Shown: positions 1 to 11,801 of the stretch, in pieces | Numbering within the stretch: position 1 is the stretch's first letter | Layout of the letters: the number at the start of each line of letters is the position of its first letter | Virus record (IMG/VR): IMGVR_UViG_2526164690_000022 | From: a virus | Taxonomy: Duplodnaviria > Heunggongvirae > Uroviricota > Caudoviricetes | Length of the DNA: 45,440 nt | Reading direction: 5' to 3' (one strand) | Program-made: the position numbers and the translations under genes | Notes under the pieces: model-generated | What the model was told of the DNA's origin: nothing | Database searches by the model: none | Seen by the model: only the letters and a program-made list of their open reading frames with translations

Positions 1-653
1 CTGAAAATGACATCCATGCCCAGCCCGTGCGCGAGCTGGATCACCGCCCGCACGATAGTTTGGTCACGGGCATCATCCGGGAGCCTGGCGACAAAGGATT
101 GGTCGATTTTCAATGTGGTGATGGGGCAGCATTTCAGATGTTGCAGGCAGGAATAGCCGGTGCCGAAGTCGTCGGCGGCGAAGCGCACGCCGATGGCGCG
201 CAAGGCGTCGAAACTGGCGAACAGGGCTGGATTGCCGAATGCGACCGATTCGGTCAGTTCGATCTCCAGAAGCTCGGCGGGCAGGGCCATATCGGCCAGC
301 ACCCGCTTTACCTCGTCGTCGAACGTTGGCCCAACCTGGCTGGCGGACACATTGATGGCAAGACGGAACGGTTGCCATGCCGGTCCTTGCCACTTGTGCA
401 TCTGGCGACAGGCCTCGCCCAGCACCCACGCGCCTATTTCCGGCATCAGGCCGAACGACTCGGCCAGCGGCAGGAACTGGCCGGGCGGCAACAGGCCAAG
501 CCTCGGATGCCGCCAGCGCATCAACGCTTCCGCGCCAGCGATCCGGTGATCGCGCAGATCGACCAGCGGCTGGTAATGCAGGTCAAGCTGTCCGCGCGCC
601 GCCGCCTGCGCCAACTCGGCCGCCGTCCATCCGGCGGGCTGCGAACTCGTCAT
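1..653 (-). CDS. urf2: Tn21-type Urf2 (EAL-domain-like protein), N-terminal part; CDS runs off the window start
   Basis: ATG at 653-651 overlaps the merE stop (ATGA); manual translation starts [18 protein letters not shown]; no ORF ending in this frame is listed, so no stop is expected before position 1. Confidence 0.6.
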   Translation of the reverse strand, partial: MTSSQPAGWTAAELAQAAARGQLDLHYQPLVDLRDHRIAGAEALMRWRHPRLGLLPPGQFLPLAESFGLMPEIGAWVLGEACRQMHKWQGPAWQPFRLAINVSASQVGPTFDDEVKRVLADMALPAELLEIELTESVAFGNPALFASFDALRAIGVRFAADDFGTGYSCLQHLKCCPITTLKIDQSFVARLPDDARDQTIVRAVIQLAHGLGMDVIF

Positions 654-882
654 GATCCGCCCCGGAAGGCGCGCAGCAGCCGCGTTACGGCCAGAACGAA
701 CAAGCCGGTCAGCGCGAGCGCGGCAACACCCCAATGCTCGCCAAGGAAGGCACCGGCGGTCGTCCCGGCCAGCACGGCGGCGAGAATCGGCAGATGGCAG
801 GGGCAGGTCAACACGGCCAGCGCACCCCACAGGTAGCCGGAAACGGGTTGGCGCGTCTCGGGCGGCAGTTTGTCAGGGGCGT

Positions 883-886
<4 letters not shown>
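650..886 (-). CDS. merE: MerE mercury transport protein (78 aa, GTG start)
   Basis: C-terminal 78 aa of ORF 650..1096: [41 protein letters not shown]...; GTGA overlap with merD stop. Confidence 0.8.
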
Positions 887-3007
<2,121 letters not shown>

Positions 3008-3430
3008 TCACAAGCGCTTGGCGGGGAGTTCGCAGCCGTCCGGTCCGCAACGGCGATGCGCCGGCGACACGAAGTCCCAGATCGACACCCCAATCATCAA
3101 GGCCAGGCCGACGTACATCAGGTTCGCCGTCCACCAGTTGCCGAGCAGCCAGACCGTGGCCGCAAACACGATGGCCGGGCCGATCATGCCGAGCAGACTG
3201 CGCAGCCATTGCCGATGACTGAACCAACCCAGCGCGTTCGCCAGGAAGGCCAGCGCGGCAAACAGCGGCAGCAGGCGGCTGATGAACAGTCCCTCGTACT
3301 GGCTCAAGAAGCCCAGCCCGATGGCCGCGCCGAAGCTGGCGAGGGCTGGAAAGCAGGCGGCGCAGCCCATCGCGGAAACGACGCTGCCGAGCGCGCCGGT
3401 TTTATCGGCAATGCGTGTCATCAGTCCCAT
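3008..3430 (-). CDS. merC: MerC inner-membrane mercury transporter
   Basis: MGLMTRIADKTGALGSVVSAMGCAACFPALASFGAAIGLGF...; presence of merC indicates Tn21-type rather than Tn501-type operon. Confidence 0.8.
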   Translation of the reverse strand: MGLMTRIADKTGALGSVVSAMGCAACFPALASFGAAIGLGFLSQYEGLFISRLLPLFAALAFLANALGWFSHRQWLRSLLGMIGPAIVFAATVWLLGNWWTANLMYVGLALMIGVSIWDFVSPAHRRCGPDGCELPAKRL

Positions 3431-3465
3431 GAAGCGGCTCTCGCTGTTGTCGTTGGCTTGCTGGC

Positions 3466-3741
3466 TCACTGCTTGACGCTGGACGGATAGCCGGCGTCTG
3501 CGGTGGCCTTGGTCAGCTTCTGTACGCTGGCCTTGGTGTCGTCAAAAGTGACGACGGCCTCGCGCTTCTCGAAGCCCACATCGACCTTGCTCACGCCTTC
3601 GGCCTTGGAGAGCGCTTTCTTGACTGTGATCGGGCAGGCGGCGCAAGTCATGCCGGGAACCGCTAGCGTGACGGTCTGGGTAGCGGCCCACACCGGGGCA
3701 ACAGCGGCGGCGAGGGCAAGGGAGGCAAACAGTTTCTTCAT
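3466..3741 (-). CDS. merP: MerP periplasmic mercury-binding protein
   Basis: MKKLFASLALAAAVAPVWA signal peptide followed by the GMTCAACP heavy-metal-binding motif. Confidence 0.85.
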   Translation of the reverse strand: MKKLFASLALAAAVAPVWAATQTVTLAVPGMTCAACPITVKKALSKAEGVSKVDVGFEKREAVVTFDDTKASVQKLTKATADAGYPSSVKQ

Positions 3742-3754
3742 GATGAACTCCTGG

Positions 3755-4106
3755 TTAATAGAAAAATGGAACGACATAGGGAAATCCAAGCGCGACCAGG
3801 ACCAGCACGGCCACGATCCAGAAAATCAGCTTGTAGGTGGCGCGCACCTGCGGAATCGCGCAGACCTCACCTGGCTTGCATGCCTGCACGGGCCGGTAAA
3901 TCCGCTTCCAGGCGAAGAACAGCGCCACTAGCGCCGCGCCGATGAACAACGGTCGATAGGGTTCCAGCACCGTCAGGTTGCCGATCCAAGCACCGGAGAA
4001 GCCCAGGGCGACCAGTACTAGCGGCCCCAGGCAGCAGGTCGATGCAAGAATGGCGGCCAGCCCGCCGGCGAAGAGCGCACCGCGCCCGTTTTTGTGGTTC
4101 AGACAT
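3755..4106 (-). pseudogene. merT: MerT mercury transporter, frameshifted after codon 6
   Basis: MSEPQK then out of frame (ORF 3867..4172); the remainder LEPYRPLFIGAALVALFFAWKRIYRP... is in ORF 3755..3970; one extra A in an A-run. Confidence 0.7.
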
Positions 4107-4177
4107 ACGTTGGCCCTTTTGAATTTGGATTGGATAGCGTAACCTTACTTCCGTACTCATGTACGGAGTCAAGCGAT
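4107..4177. promoter_or_regulatory. mer operator/promoter region between divergent merT and merR
   Basis: Dyad tccgtac-tcat-gtacgga at 4150-4167, the classic MerR operator arrangement. Confidence 0.7.
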
Positions 4178-4612
4178 ATGGAAAATAATTTGGAAAACCT
4201 GACCATTGGCGTTTTTGCCAAGGCGGCCGGGGTCAACGTGGAGACAATCCGCTTCTATCAGCGCAAGGGCCTGTTGCGGGAACCGGACAAGCCTTACGGC
4301 AGCATCCGCCGCTATGGGGAGGCGGACGTGGTTCGGGTGAAATTCGTGAAATCGGCACAGCGGCTGGGGTTCAGTCTGGACGAGATTGCCGAGCTGTTGC
4401 GGCTCGACGATGGCACCCACTGCGAGGAGGCCAGCAGCCTGGCCGAACACAAGCTCAAGGACGTGCGCGAGAAGATGGCCGACTTGGCGCGCATGGAAAC
4501 CGTGCTGTCTGAACTCGTGTGCGCCTGCCATGCACGAAAGGGGAATGTTTCCTGCCCGTTGATCGCGTCACTACAGGGCGAAGCAGGCCTGGCAAGGTCA
4601 GCTATGCCTTAG
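4178..4612 (+). CDS. merR: MerR Hg(II)-responsive transcriptional regulator
   Basis: [33 protein letters not shown]... ending ...[19 protein letters not shown]; the listed ORF starts upstream at 4094 but the canonical start is ATG 4178. Confidence 0.9.
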
Positions 4613-4645
4613 CGTGCTTTATTTTCCGTTTTCTGAGGTGCCCCC
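4608..4645. repeat. 38-bp terminal inverted repeat of the Tn21-family transposon (mer end)
   Basis: cttagcgtgctttattttccgttttctgaggtgccccc is the reverse complement of GGGGGCACCTCAGAAAACGGAAAATAAAGCACGCTAAG; composition changes abruptly after 4645. Confidence 0.85.
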
Positions 4646-4783
4646 TTTAAGTGCGATCCACCAGCCATCTGTGAATGAGATTGGCCTGTTCTATGTGTTT
4701 TTTTTCGGGGCGTTGGCGCTACTTGAATTAGGTATTGAGCTTTTTGCCGTGCTGATGTTTTTCGTCACGATGCTGGGGAAATT

Positions 4784-5410
4784 TTGATGGTGAGATGTGT
4801 TTTGAAAATTTACATCGCGGGGCCGATGACTGGTTATCCCGACTACAACCGCACAGCGTTTTTTTCGAAAGCAAAAGAGCTGATGGAGGAAGGGCATATT
4901 GTTCTGAATCCGGCGCTGTTACCTGCTGGCCTCTGCCAGAGCGAATACATGGATATTTGTCTGGCAATGGTGCGTTCTGCTGATGCGATCTATCTGCTTA
5001 AGGGATGGGATGTGTCCGCAGGAGCACGTGCAGAACACGCTCTGGCTGAAAAACTGGGGTTGACGGTAATTTATGAAGCACCATCTGACACAGATTGCAG
5101 AATGGCAGCGCATCTTTACCGTGAACTGGTCGATGCATTACGTGATGTTGCTATTGAATGTCACGGCACGGATCAGCTTCGCGCCCGCTTAAGCAATACC
5201 CTTTCCAGTTACCTGTCTTTAGCTGAAGGATACAACCTCCGGCAGCGGAGAATGGTCAAATTAATCACGCGTTTATCTCAATCCCTGGCAAATGCCGAAC
5301 CAACTAATCCGCTACCTAATGACGCAATGAATTATCTGAAGTCATGCGGCGTTGTTTCTGAAGATGCAGTTCGTTTTGTGGAGTTTATGTCTCAGAGGAT
5401 GTCGGCGTGA
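4784..5410 (+). CDS. DUF4406-family protein (nucleoside 2-deoxyribosyltransferase-like fold)
   Basis: KIYIAGPMTGYPDYNRTAFF motif; C-terminal module HLYRELVDALRDVAIECHGTDQLRARLS is shared with the 12917..14083 protein. Confidence 0.55.
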   Translation: MMVRCVLKIYIAGPMTGYPDYNRTAFFSKAKELMEEGHIVLNPALLPAGLCQSEYMDICLAMVRSADAIYLLKGWDVSAGARAEHALAEKLGLTVIYEAPSDTDCRMAAHLYRELVDALRDVAIECHGTDQLRARLSNTLSSYLSLAEGYNLRQRRMVKLITRLSQSLANAEPTNPLPNDAMNYLKSCGVVSEDAVRFVEFMSQRMSA

Positions 5411-5724
5411 GCTGGCGGGGATGGGGAAAGGCAGAAATCATGATACTCCGCCAGTGCGCCGGAACTATGACGGTCGAGAATATTGGGAAGCTGATCGGTC
5501 GTACCGGTGATGCCGTCAGGACTAAAGCGCGGGAGTTGGGGATCAGCATGATTCTGAAAGGAGACTTTCATCCGTCAGCCAAATACCGGCAGAGCGATAT
5601 AGAACTGGCACGGCAGCTTCATCAGTGTGGTGTTCCCCGCCGTGAGATCGCGGAAAAACTCGAAATGCCCCTGGGCATGATTAATCAGTACGTTTATTTC
5701 GAAAGGAGAGTGTATGAAGTCTGA
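5407..5724 (+). CDS. Hypothetical small protein, probable HTH
   Basis: ORF overlapping the upstream gene stop; an alternative start MILRQCAG lies at 5440. Confidence 0.4.
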   Translation: MSWRGWGKAEIMILRQCAGTMTVENIGKLIGRTGDAVRTKARELGISMILKGDFHPSAKYRQSDIELARQLHQCGVPRREIAEKLEMPLGMINQYVYFERRVYEV

Positions 5725-6223
5725 AGGTTTAACGCCCGCACAACTGGCAGAGCGTAACGCTGAGTATGTAACGGAAATTTCCCGACTTGAGAAAGAGCGC
5801 GCGGCGCTGGCTGCGGAGAATGCGAGACTGAAGGCGATATGTGAGGATCGCCGCACGTTCATTATGAATGGCGTGCAGCTTGGTTTTATCAAGGTGCCAA
5901 CAGTGGAAATAGATCCAGCTCTTGAAACAATTCGTATCGCCCTATCACCACAAAAAACTACTCCTGCGACCGACACTTTCCTGGATGAAGTGAAGACTGA
6001 AGCACGCAAGGAGGGCGCTTACTTTGTGGCGAACAGAATGCTGGCTGCCTGGGTAGCTGGTTTTATTGATGATACTGCGAAGAACGCCGCGGATATTGCC
6101 CGGATGATTCTTACCTCTACTGAGTTTATGGCTAATGCGCCGGAAGGCGATTTTGACCGCTCATTCTCTGATGGCGTTCTCGAAGATATCGCCGAACAGC
6201 TTCGTAAAGGAGTCATCCAGTGA
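5714..6223 (+). CDS. Ea22-like coiled-coil protein (paralog family)
   Basis: Coiled-coil [21 protein letters not shown]; C-terminal domain TPATDTFLDEVKTEARKEG... is paralogous to the C-terminus of 7208..7993. Confidence 0.45.
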   Translation: MKSEGLTPAQLAERNAEYVTEISRLEKERAALAAENARLKAICEDRRTFIMNGVQLGFIKVPTVEIDPALETIRIALSPQKTTPATDTFLDEVKTEARKEGAYFVANRMLAAWVAGFIDDTAKNAADIARMILTSTEFMANAPEGDFDRSFSDGVLEDIAEQLRKGVIQ

Positions 6224-6888
6224 GCGAGCTTTATTATCAGACGTTACGTGAACGTTTTTCACCGAAACCAGCGCCTAAATGCTCTGTTTGTGGCGAGGAA
6301 ATGTCAATGCAGCGCATATCTGGATCACATGTTGTTTATGCCTGTTCTGGCATGGAGGAAGACGGATGCTTCAAAACTGGACGAACTTATGCTGACGAGC
6401 ATTACAAAAAATCGCGCATAACAGTAGTTGATGATAGCGATCCTGATGTGATTGAACTGCTGGACGAGAACGTGGAGATGGCTCTAACGCTTGAGAATCT
6501 GCGTGTTGAGCTGGAAGCCGCTAAAAAGTGTATTGCAGAGCTGGAAAGCAATTGCGGGGCGCTGGTGGCGGAATGCCAAAACAAAAAAGCAGCACTTGAG
6601 GAAATTCTTAGCCATCTCCCAATTAATCATCCAGATATAGACATCGCATGTGTAGCGAACATAGCTCATAACAAATTAGGCGAGGTGAAAAGCACTACAT
6701 CTGAAGCTTACCTTGTTGAAATACAGGCTCAGGGATTGGAGGCATTCGCTTTGACGATGCGCGATACCGGAGATGATCCATTTTTTGATTCCGTTGCTTC
6801 TGCTTGCGCGGATGCGGCTGACAGGTTCGCAGCCCTGCTTCGTAAAGGACAATCCTGCCTGCGCCCGAACTTTGAAGGGAAAATATGA
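6220..6888 (+). CDS. Hypothetical phage protein with zinc-ribbon and coiled-coil segment
   Basis: CSVCGEEM...YACSG Cys cluster; [26 protein letters not shown] coiled coil; GTG start overlapping the upstream stop. Confidence 0.45.
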   Translation: MSELYYQTLRERFSPKPAPKCSVCGEEMSMQRISGSHVVYACSGMEEDGCFKTGRTYADEHYKKSRITVVDDSDPDVIELLDENVEMALTLENLRVELEAAKKCIAELESNCGALVAECQNKKAALEEILSHLPINHPDIDIACVANIAHNKLGEVKSTTSEAYLVEIQAQGLEAFALTMRDTGDDPFFDSVASACADAADRFAALLRKGQSCLRPNFEGKI

Positions 6889-7211
6889 TGACCACATCGC
6901 ATTCTGCAATTACCCAGGAAAAAGCCTTCCACATACTCGAACGATTAGAAACGCTCGCTACGGAGGAGAAGATATCCCCGGAGATGCTGGTCGAGTGCAG
7001 CCGTGTGATATTGCGTCGCAAGAACGACATCCCGCGGCTGACATCTGGCGCACCATCCGTATCAGCCAGTCCAACGCTTTATTGCAGCTTCTGTAACAAA
7101 TCCCAGCACACCGTTAAAAAGTTAATTGCCGGGGACAACGTTTTCATCTGCAACGAGTGCGTGAAAGATTGCAACAACATTATCCAGGAAGAGCAAAGGG
7201 AATCAGCATGA
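6885..7211 (+). CDS. ClpX N-terminal zinc-binding-domain (ZBD)-like protein, lacking any AAA+ module
   Basis: C-terminal [39 protein letters not shown] aligns with the ClpX C4 zinc finger ([39 protein letters not shown]). Confidence 0.6.
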   Translation: MMTTSHSAITQEKAFHILERLETLATEEKISPEMLVECSRVILRRKNDIPRLTSGAPSVSASPTLYCSFCNKSQHTVKKLIAGDNVFICNECVKDCNNIIQEEQRESA

Positions 7212-7993
7212 AATTTTCCAAATTTTCTGAGTTGGTGAATCGTATTTTGTCCAACAACCACAGCCATCGTCGCGATATGGATGTAACGATCGTTGTTCAT
7301 TCGCCTGGTCGCATCGGTTCAACACCATCAGTTGAGGTTCAGTCAATTCAGGTGGGTTTTGATTGGGATGCCGGGCAAGTGATGATTTTTCCAGCACAGC
7401 CACTGACCACGCTAACACCAGAACAGATTACTGATATTACTGATAGTGTGCGCAAAGGTCAGTCCTGGCACGCATATCAGGAATACAAGAAGCATAAAGA
7501 GCAGTTGGAAAAATTATCGATTGAACTTGATGCCGCAAAACAGCGCATTGCAGAGCTGGAGGGTAATTGCGCGGCGCTGGCGGCGGAGAATGCGGGAATA
7601 AAGTCTGCAATTCCAGAATCACGGGATATTGAGGATGACAATGACAATATGGATGACGTATCTCTCGCGGAAGATTTCGGGTTCAATCATGCAATAGAAC
7701 TGATGAGGAGACGGATTCCTGAAACTCCGGCCACCGACGCTTTCCTGGCTGAAGTACGTGCGGAGGCACGCAACGAGGGGATTAACTACACCGCAAGCCG
7801 TCTTGCTGCTGCGTTCAATCACGGATTTATCAATAAGTCTTTGCGTGAAGTTTTCGACGTTACACGCATGATTTTGTCAGCGAAAGAAGAGTTGGCTAAT
7901 GAACCGCATCCGCTTGATGGCCTGTCCGGTGAATATGCGGAGAAATCCCTTGAAGAATGGGCGGAACAGATTCGCAAAGGAAGCAGCCAGTGA
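7208..7993 (+). CDS. Ea22-like coiled-coil protein (paralog)
   Basis: Start [10 protein letters not shown] at the ATGA overlap; [21 protein letters not shown] coiled coil; C-terminal [19 protein letters not shown]... Confidence 0.45.
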   Translation: MKFSKFSELVNRILSNNHSHRRDMDVTIVVHSPGRIGSTPSVEVQSIQVGFDWDAGQVMIFPAQPLTTLTPEQITDITDSVRKGQSWHAYQEYKKHKEQLEKLSIELDAAKQRIAELEGNCAALAAENAGIKSAIPESRDIEDDNDNMDDVSLAEDFGFNHAIELMRRRIPETPATDAFLAEVRAEARNEGINYTASRLAAAFNHGFINKSLREVFDVTRMILSAKEELANEPHPLDGLSGEYAEKSLEEWAEQIRKGSSQ

Positions 7994-8265
7994 ATATCGA
8001 CACCACGATAACGCTCGATACGGCCCTAAATACCGGTCTGGCACTTCTCGGTTGGCTTTACATCATGTCCCGTACATGGCGATGGCTGGGTTCCATTTTC
8101 CTGAAACAGTGGAAAAAACGGCGCAAACAGGAACTACGCCAGAAGGCATTAGAAGCGTTCTATGACGCATTTGAACTTGGCAGCATTGAACCAGGCACAA
8201 CAGCGAGGATAGCGACAAAAGGCGACCTGATGATAGTGATGTTCAGACAGGAGAAAACAAAATGA
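7990..8265 (+). CDS. Hypothetical small membrane protein
   Basis: GTG start at the GTGA overlap; hydrophobic LNTGLALLGWLYIM segment. Confidence 0.35.
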   Translation: MNIDTTITLDTALNTGLALLGWLYIMSRTWRWLGSIFLKQWKKRRKQELRQKALEAFYDAFELGSIEPGTTARIATKGDLMIVMFRQEKTK

Positions 8266-8486
8266 CAGAACAGACGATGACAAATCGCGAACTTGTTGAT
8301 GCCGCGATTGAACTTGCTGGCGATTTTTATTCCATGATGGGTTACGAGCATCGACCTGGTTTTAAGTATTGGGAGTCACCGCATCCGCAAGAACAACAGG
8401 TGTTTGAAATGGCTTGCCGTGCTTTTGAGTTTATTCGCGGTTCTGATGTGATGGATGCCGTTGCCGACTTGGAGGATGAAGAGTGA
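8262..8486 (+). CDS. Hypothetical protein
   Basis: ORF translationally coupled to its neighbours. Confidence 0.35.
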   Translation: MTEQTMTNRELVDAAIELAGDFYSMMGYEHRPGFKYWESPHPQEQQVFEMACRAFEFIRGSDVMDAVADLEDEE

Positions 8487-8794
8487 GCACAATTAAAGAA
8501 ATGCCGGTAGAACGTGATGAATATGGCTGCTGGACACATCCGGAGTATGAAAAGTTTTGCGCAGGCCGTGAATATATTTCCACTGAGGAATTTGACGCCT
8601 GGATGAAGGAAAATAATCTTCAGTGGACTATTCGCAGTATGGATGAAGATGATTTTGATCTGGACGCAGCTGGTCCCGATATTGCCGCCTGGGAACCGGA
8701 GCGACCAGAGGGTGAAGGCTGGTTTGTTGGCTCTATTCATGACACTGAAGATGGTCCAGTTTGTATCTGGCTGCGGGAGAAGGTTGCCGCATGA
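8483..8794 (+). CDS. Hypothetical protein
   Basis: ORF translationally coupled (ATGA overlap with the phosphatase start). Confidence 0.4.
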   Translation: MSTIKEMPVERDEYGCWTHPEYEKFCAGREYISTEEFDAWMKENNLQWTIRSMDEDDFDLDAAGPDIAAWEPERPEGEGWFVGSIHDTEDGPVCIWLREKVAA

Positions 8795-9483
8795 TCCAGG
8801 CTATGCATGAAGTGAATTTATATAGCCGTATTGATGGTTCTGGCTACAGAAACATATGGGTTGTTGGTGATCTGCATGGTTGCTACACCAGACTGATGTC
8901 CGAACTCCATCGTGTGGATTTTGACCCGGCGCAGGATTTACTGATATCGGTTGGCGACCTTATCGATCGCGGTACTGAAAATGTCGAATGTCTGGAACTA
9001 TTGCAGATGCCCTGGTTCAGGGCAGTAATGGGGAACCATGAGCGGTTGATGCTTGATGCGTTAAGTCCTGATGGCAACGTGAATAACTGGCTAATGAATG
9101 GCGGACAATGGTTCTTCATGCTGGACACTGATCAGGAAATATTAGCCAAGGCGCTGGTGGAGCTGGTAAAGCGTCTGCCATATATCATTGAGTTGAACAC
9201 CGGGCATGAAACTATCGTTATAGCCCATGCCGACTATCCAGGTGGAGAGTACCAGTTCGGTAAGGATGTGTCGCTTTTTGATGTTGTCTGGTCGCGCAGT
9301 CGCGTCGGTGATTCGATAGATGGCATTGGTGGAGAAATCACAGGCGCAGATCGCTTTATCTTTGGGCACACACCGGTACGAAGACCAAAAGCATACTGGA
9401 ATCAGCACTACATAGACACGGGCGCGGTTTTTTGCGGAAATCTGACGCTAATGCAGGTGAAGGGAGGGCAGCTTAAAGTCTGA
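8791..9483 (+). CDS. Lambda-type serine/threonine protein phosphatase (metallophosphoesterase)
   Basis: [25 protein letters not shown] and GNHE motifs; C-terminal [14 protein letters not shown]; the listed ORF starts at 8761 but the coupled start is ATG 8791. Confidence 0.85.
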   Translation: MIQAMHEVNLYSRIDGSGYRNIWVVGDLHGCYTRLMSELHRVDFDPAQDLLISVGDLIDRGTENVECLELLQMPWFRAVMGNHERLMLDALSPDGNVNNWLMNGGQWFFMLDTDQEILAKALVELVKRLPYIIELNTGHETIVIAHADYPGGEYQFGKDVSLFDVVWSRSRVGDSIDGIGGEITGADRFIFGHTPVRRPKAYWNQHYIDTGAVFCGNLTLMQVKGGQLKV

Positions 9484-9580
9484 TCAAATCATTTACGCAC
9501 TCAAAATTTGTTAGAACATTGATTTTAGTTTTCTAACATATTATTTTACCGCTCGGAACAAAACAGAGTCGGTATACATT

Positions 9581-10576
9581 ATGAGTGCAATAATCACACC
9601 TCATTTCGTAAACGGAGCTGGTGTGGCTGTCTTTCCGGTAGACAAGCCCACCAGTAACTACATTGGCGCAGGTCGCCGTTTCATTATCTCCCCACTTCCG
9701 CGTGAACAGGCTGAAAACACGCCAGATGGCGTAGTGGATCTGAATTATTCGCTGGTTGCCAACCAGTCTCTGAAACCGTTTTTTCAAAGCGAGCGCGTAT
9801 TTAACGCGTTGGGCGGTGAAGATTCGCTTGTTCATTGGGTAAGTTCCAATATCCACGATTGCCAGGCGCACGATAAGCGCGATTGCAGCCACCAGCTAAC
9901 CACTCATTTCTATAACGGCTCTGCCGTTCGCCTGTGCTGGAAGCATGATGCGGAATACATGATGAAGGGGTACAGCAAGTTGGACGACCAGTTATCCCTG
10001 AATCGTGCCAACTGGGTTATGAACTGGGCTGCGAGCGAGTTAAAACTACCGCCAGAACGCGATCTGAGCATGGTTGAACTCACTTTTTGGGCCATTCGCC
10101 GGAATCTGAAAGATGAGCTACCAGATGAAGCCGGTCGCATTGCATTTTGTCAGCCAAAAACTGAAATCCCTACCGGTACGCTGAAAGAATCAGATATCAC
10201 CTGGGAGCACAGTACCCGCGAGCTGGTGGACATAACCGCAGAGCAGATCGTCAACCTGTCTGTAGATGAGGATTCCGGCCTGCTTTATATGCGCCGACCA
10301 AAAGCGGTCCTCGGTAAAAGCCCGGCTTATCTCCGGTTTGTGGTTTCTCGTCCGTGCATCGGATGCGGTGGCAAAGTTAACCACCCGTTCATGTACCGCG
10401 CCCGCTCGTTAAACGAACACGACCGCTGGGCTGTTCCTCTTTGCGATGACTGCGCCAGAAGCGCAGAAAACGATGTCCGGGCATGGGAAAAAGCACATGG
10501 CATACGCCTTTACGTAGCCGCTAACCAGCTTTTTGACTTCGCCATCGAGCGCGGAGTGATCACTTTCAATAACTGA
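9581..10576 (+). CDS. DUF968-family prophage protein
   Basis: C-terminal Cys cluster CIGCGGKVNHPF...AVPLCDDCARSAEND typical of DUF968 as I recall it. Confidence 0.5.
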   Translation: MSAIITPHFVNGAGVAVFPVDKPTSNYIGAGRRFIISPLPREQAENTPDGVVDLNYSLVANQSLKPFFQSERVFNALGGEDSLVHWVSSNIHDCQAHDKRDCSHQLTTHFYNGSAVRLCWKHDAEYMMKGYSKLDDQLSLNRANWVMNWAASELKLPPERDLSMVELTFWAIRRNLKDELPDEAGRIAFCQPKTEIPTGTLKESDITWEHSTRELVDITAEQIVNLSVDEDSGLLYMRRPKAVLGKSPAYLRFVVSRPCIGCGGKVNHPFMYRARSLNEHDRWAVPLCDDCARSAENDVRAWEKAHGIRLYVAANQLFDFAIERGVITFNN

Positions 10577-10580
10577 TGAG

Positions 10581-11273
10581 GTGGATCAAAAAATGAAAGA
10601 ACGCGGGATGATTTTTAACGATGAGATGGTCAGGGCCATCCTCGAAGGAAGGAAGACGCAGACTCGCCGACCTGTAAAAAATGTCAGGGCCGATAACTGC
10701 CTGGTTATCCGTAAACCGACAAAGAAACGCAATGGTGTCTATACCCACGTTATGGATGCACCTGAACATGGTTTATGCCCGTTCGGTAACGTTGGTGATC
10801 GCATATGGGTCCGTGAGGCGTGGGCGATATTAGGCAATGAGGATGGTTGCAGTGTGGACTGGAACGACAACCTTTGTCGTGGCGATGAGAAGAACGCAGC
10901 AAGGATTTATCGGGCCAGTTGTGAGCAAAAGCCGGGTGATTACGGCTTGTGGTCGATACCCGATGATGCCGACTGGAAACCTCACACTGTGAATGAAAAA
11001 TTTGATGGCGGGTGGCGTCCATCAATTCACATGCCGCGCTGGGCATCGCGCATTTTGCTGGAAATTACCGACGTGCGTGTGGAACGGCTGCGTGATATGA
11101 GCGAGGCAGATGCTAAAGCAGAAGGCGCATCTCCGGCGATGTACAAAATTACGCCGCCGGAAGCTGTTTATCGCGTTGGTTTTGGTGATATCTGGCGCAG
11201 TATTTACGGGCAGGATAACTGGCTATCTAACCCGTGGGTATGGGTAATCGAGTTTAAGCGCATTCAGGAATAA
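10581..11273 (+). CDS. Hypothetical prophage protein, possibly ASCH-like
   Basis: N-terminal MIFNDEMVRAILEGRKTQTRR resembles the ASCH GxKxxExR signature; weak. Confidence 0.4.
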   Translation: MDQKMKERGMIFNDEMVRAILEGRKTQTRRPVKNVRADNCLVIRKPTKKRNGVYTHVMDAPEHGLCPFGNVGDRIWVREAWAILGNEDGCSVDWNDNLCRGDEKNAARIYRASCEQKPGDYGLWSIPDDADWKPHTVNEKFDGGWRPSIHMPRWASRILLEITDVRVERLRDMSEADAKAEGASPAMYKITPPEAVYRVGFGDIWRSIYGQDNWLSNPWVWVIEFKRIQE

Positions 11274-11356
11274 ACCGTGAGTATGCATCAAATCGTCAGT
11301 TTTTCAGGTGGACGAGCATCGGCCTGTCTCGTTCATCTGTTCGAAGAGGTAGTGGC

Positions 11357-11560
11357 ATGACAATCGTAAAAACCCATACCGGCACCGTGATCACCAAAGA
11401 CGGTCCGCAGGTAAAAAAACTGCACCAAACAGAGCGGATGTGGGTCGTCGGCAAAAATGAGTTTTACCACAAAGATACCGGACGCCGCCACTTTGCAGAA
11501 AATACGCGCCGTCGACTGCTGTTAGACACCATCAAGCCTATCGAGGTGAAGCATGTTTAA
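11357..11560 (+). CDS. Hypothetical small protein
   Basis: ORF only. Confidence 0.3.
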   Translation: MTIVKTHTGTVITKDGPQVKKLHQTERMWVVGKNEFYHKDTGRRHFAENTRRRLLLDTIKPIEVKHV

Positions 11561-11801
11561 ACAGAACGAAAAAGCTATCGCTCAAATTGCTGATTATATC
11601 CCGCGTGCGTGCCGGGGTATGCAGTTGCAGGAAGCCAAAGCGCGCCTGGAGAAAAAAATTGCGCTCTATATTGATGACGGCTGTGATGCTGCCGTTCTTA
11701 ACGCGGCGTTCGCACCAGCTCTTAACAGTCATACTCGGGAGTCTTTTTTTCGTGCATCGAAGCGCAACTCCGCAAAGGAGGCAACCAGTGAGCCAGATTG
11801 A
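11553..11801 (+). CDS. Hypothetical small protein
   Basis: ORF only; overlaps the start of the next gene. Confidence 0.3.
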   Translation: MFKQNEKAIAQIADYIPRACRGMQLQEAKARLEKKIALYIDDGCDAAVLNAAFAPALNSHTRESFFRASKRNSAKEATSEPD

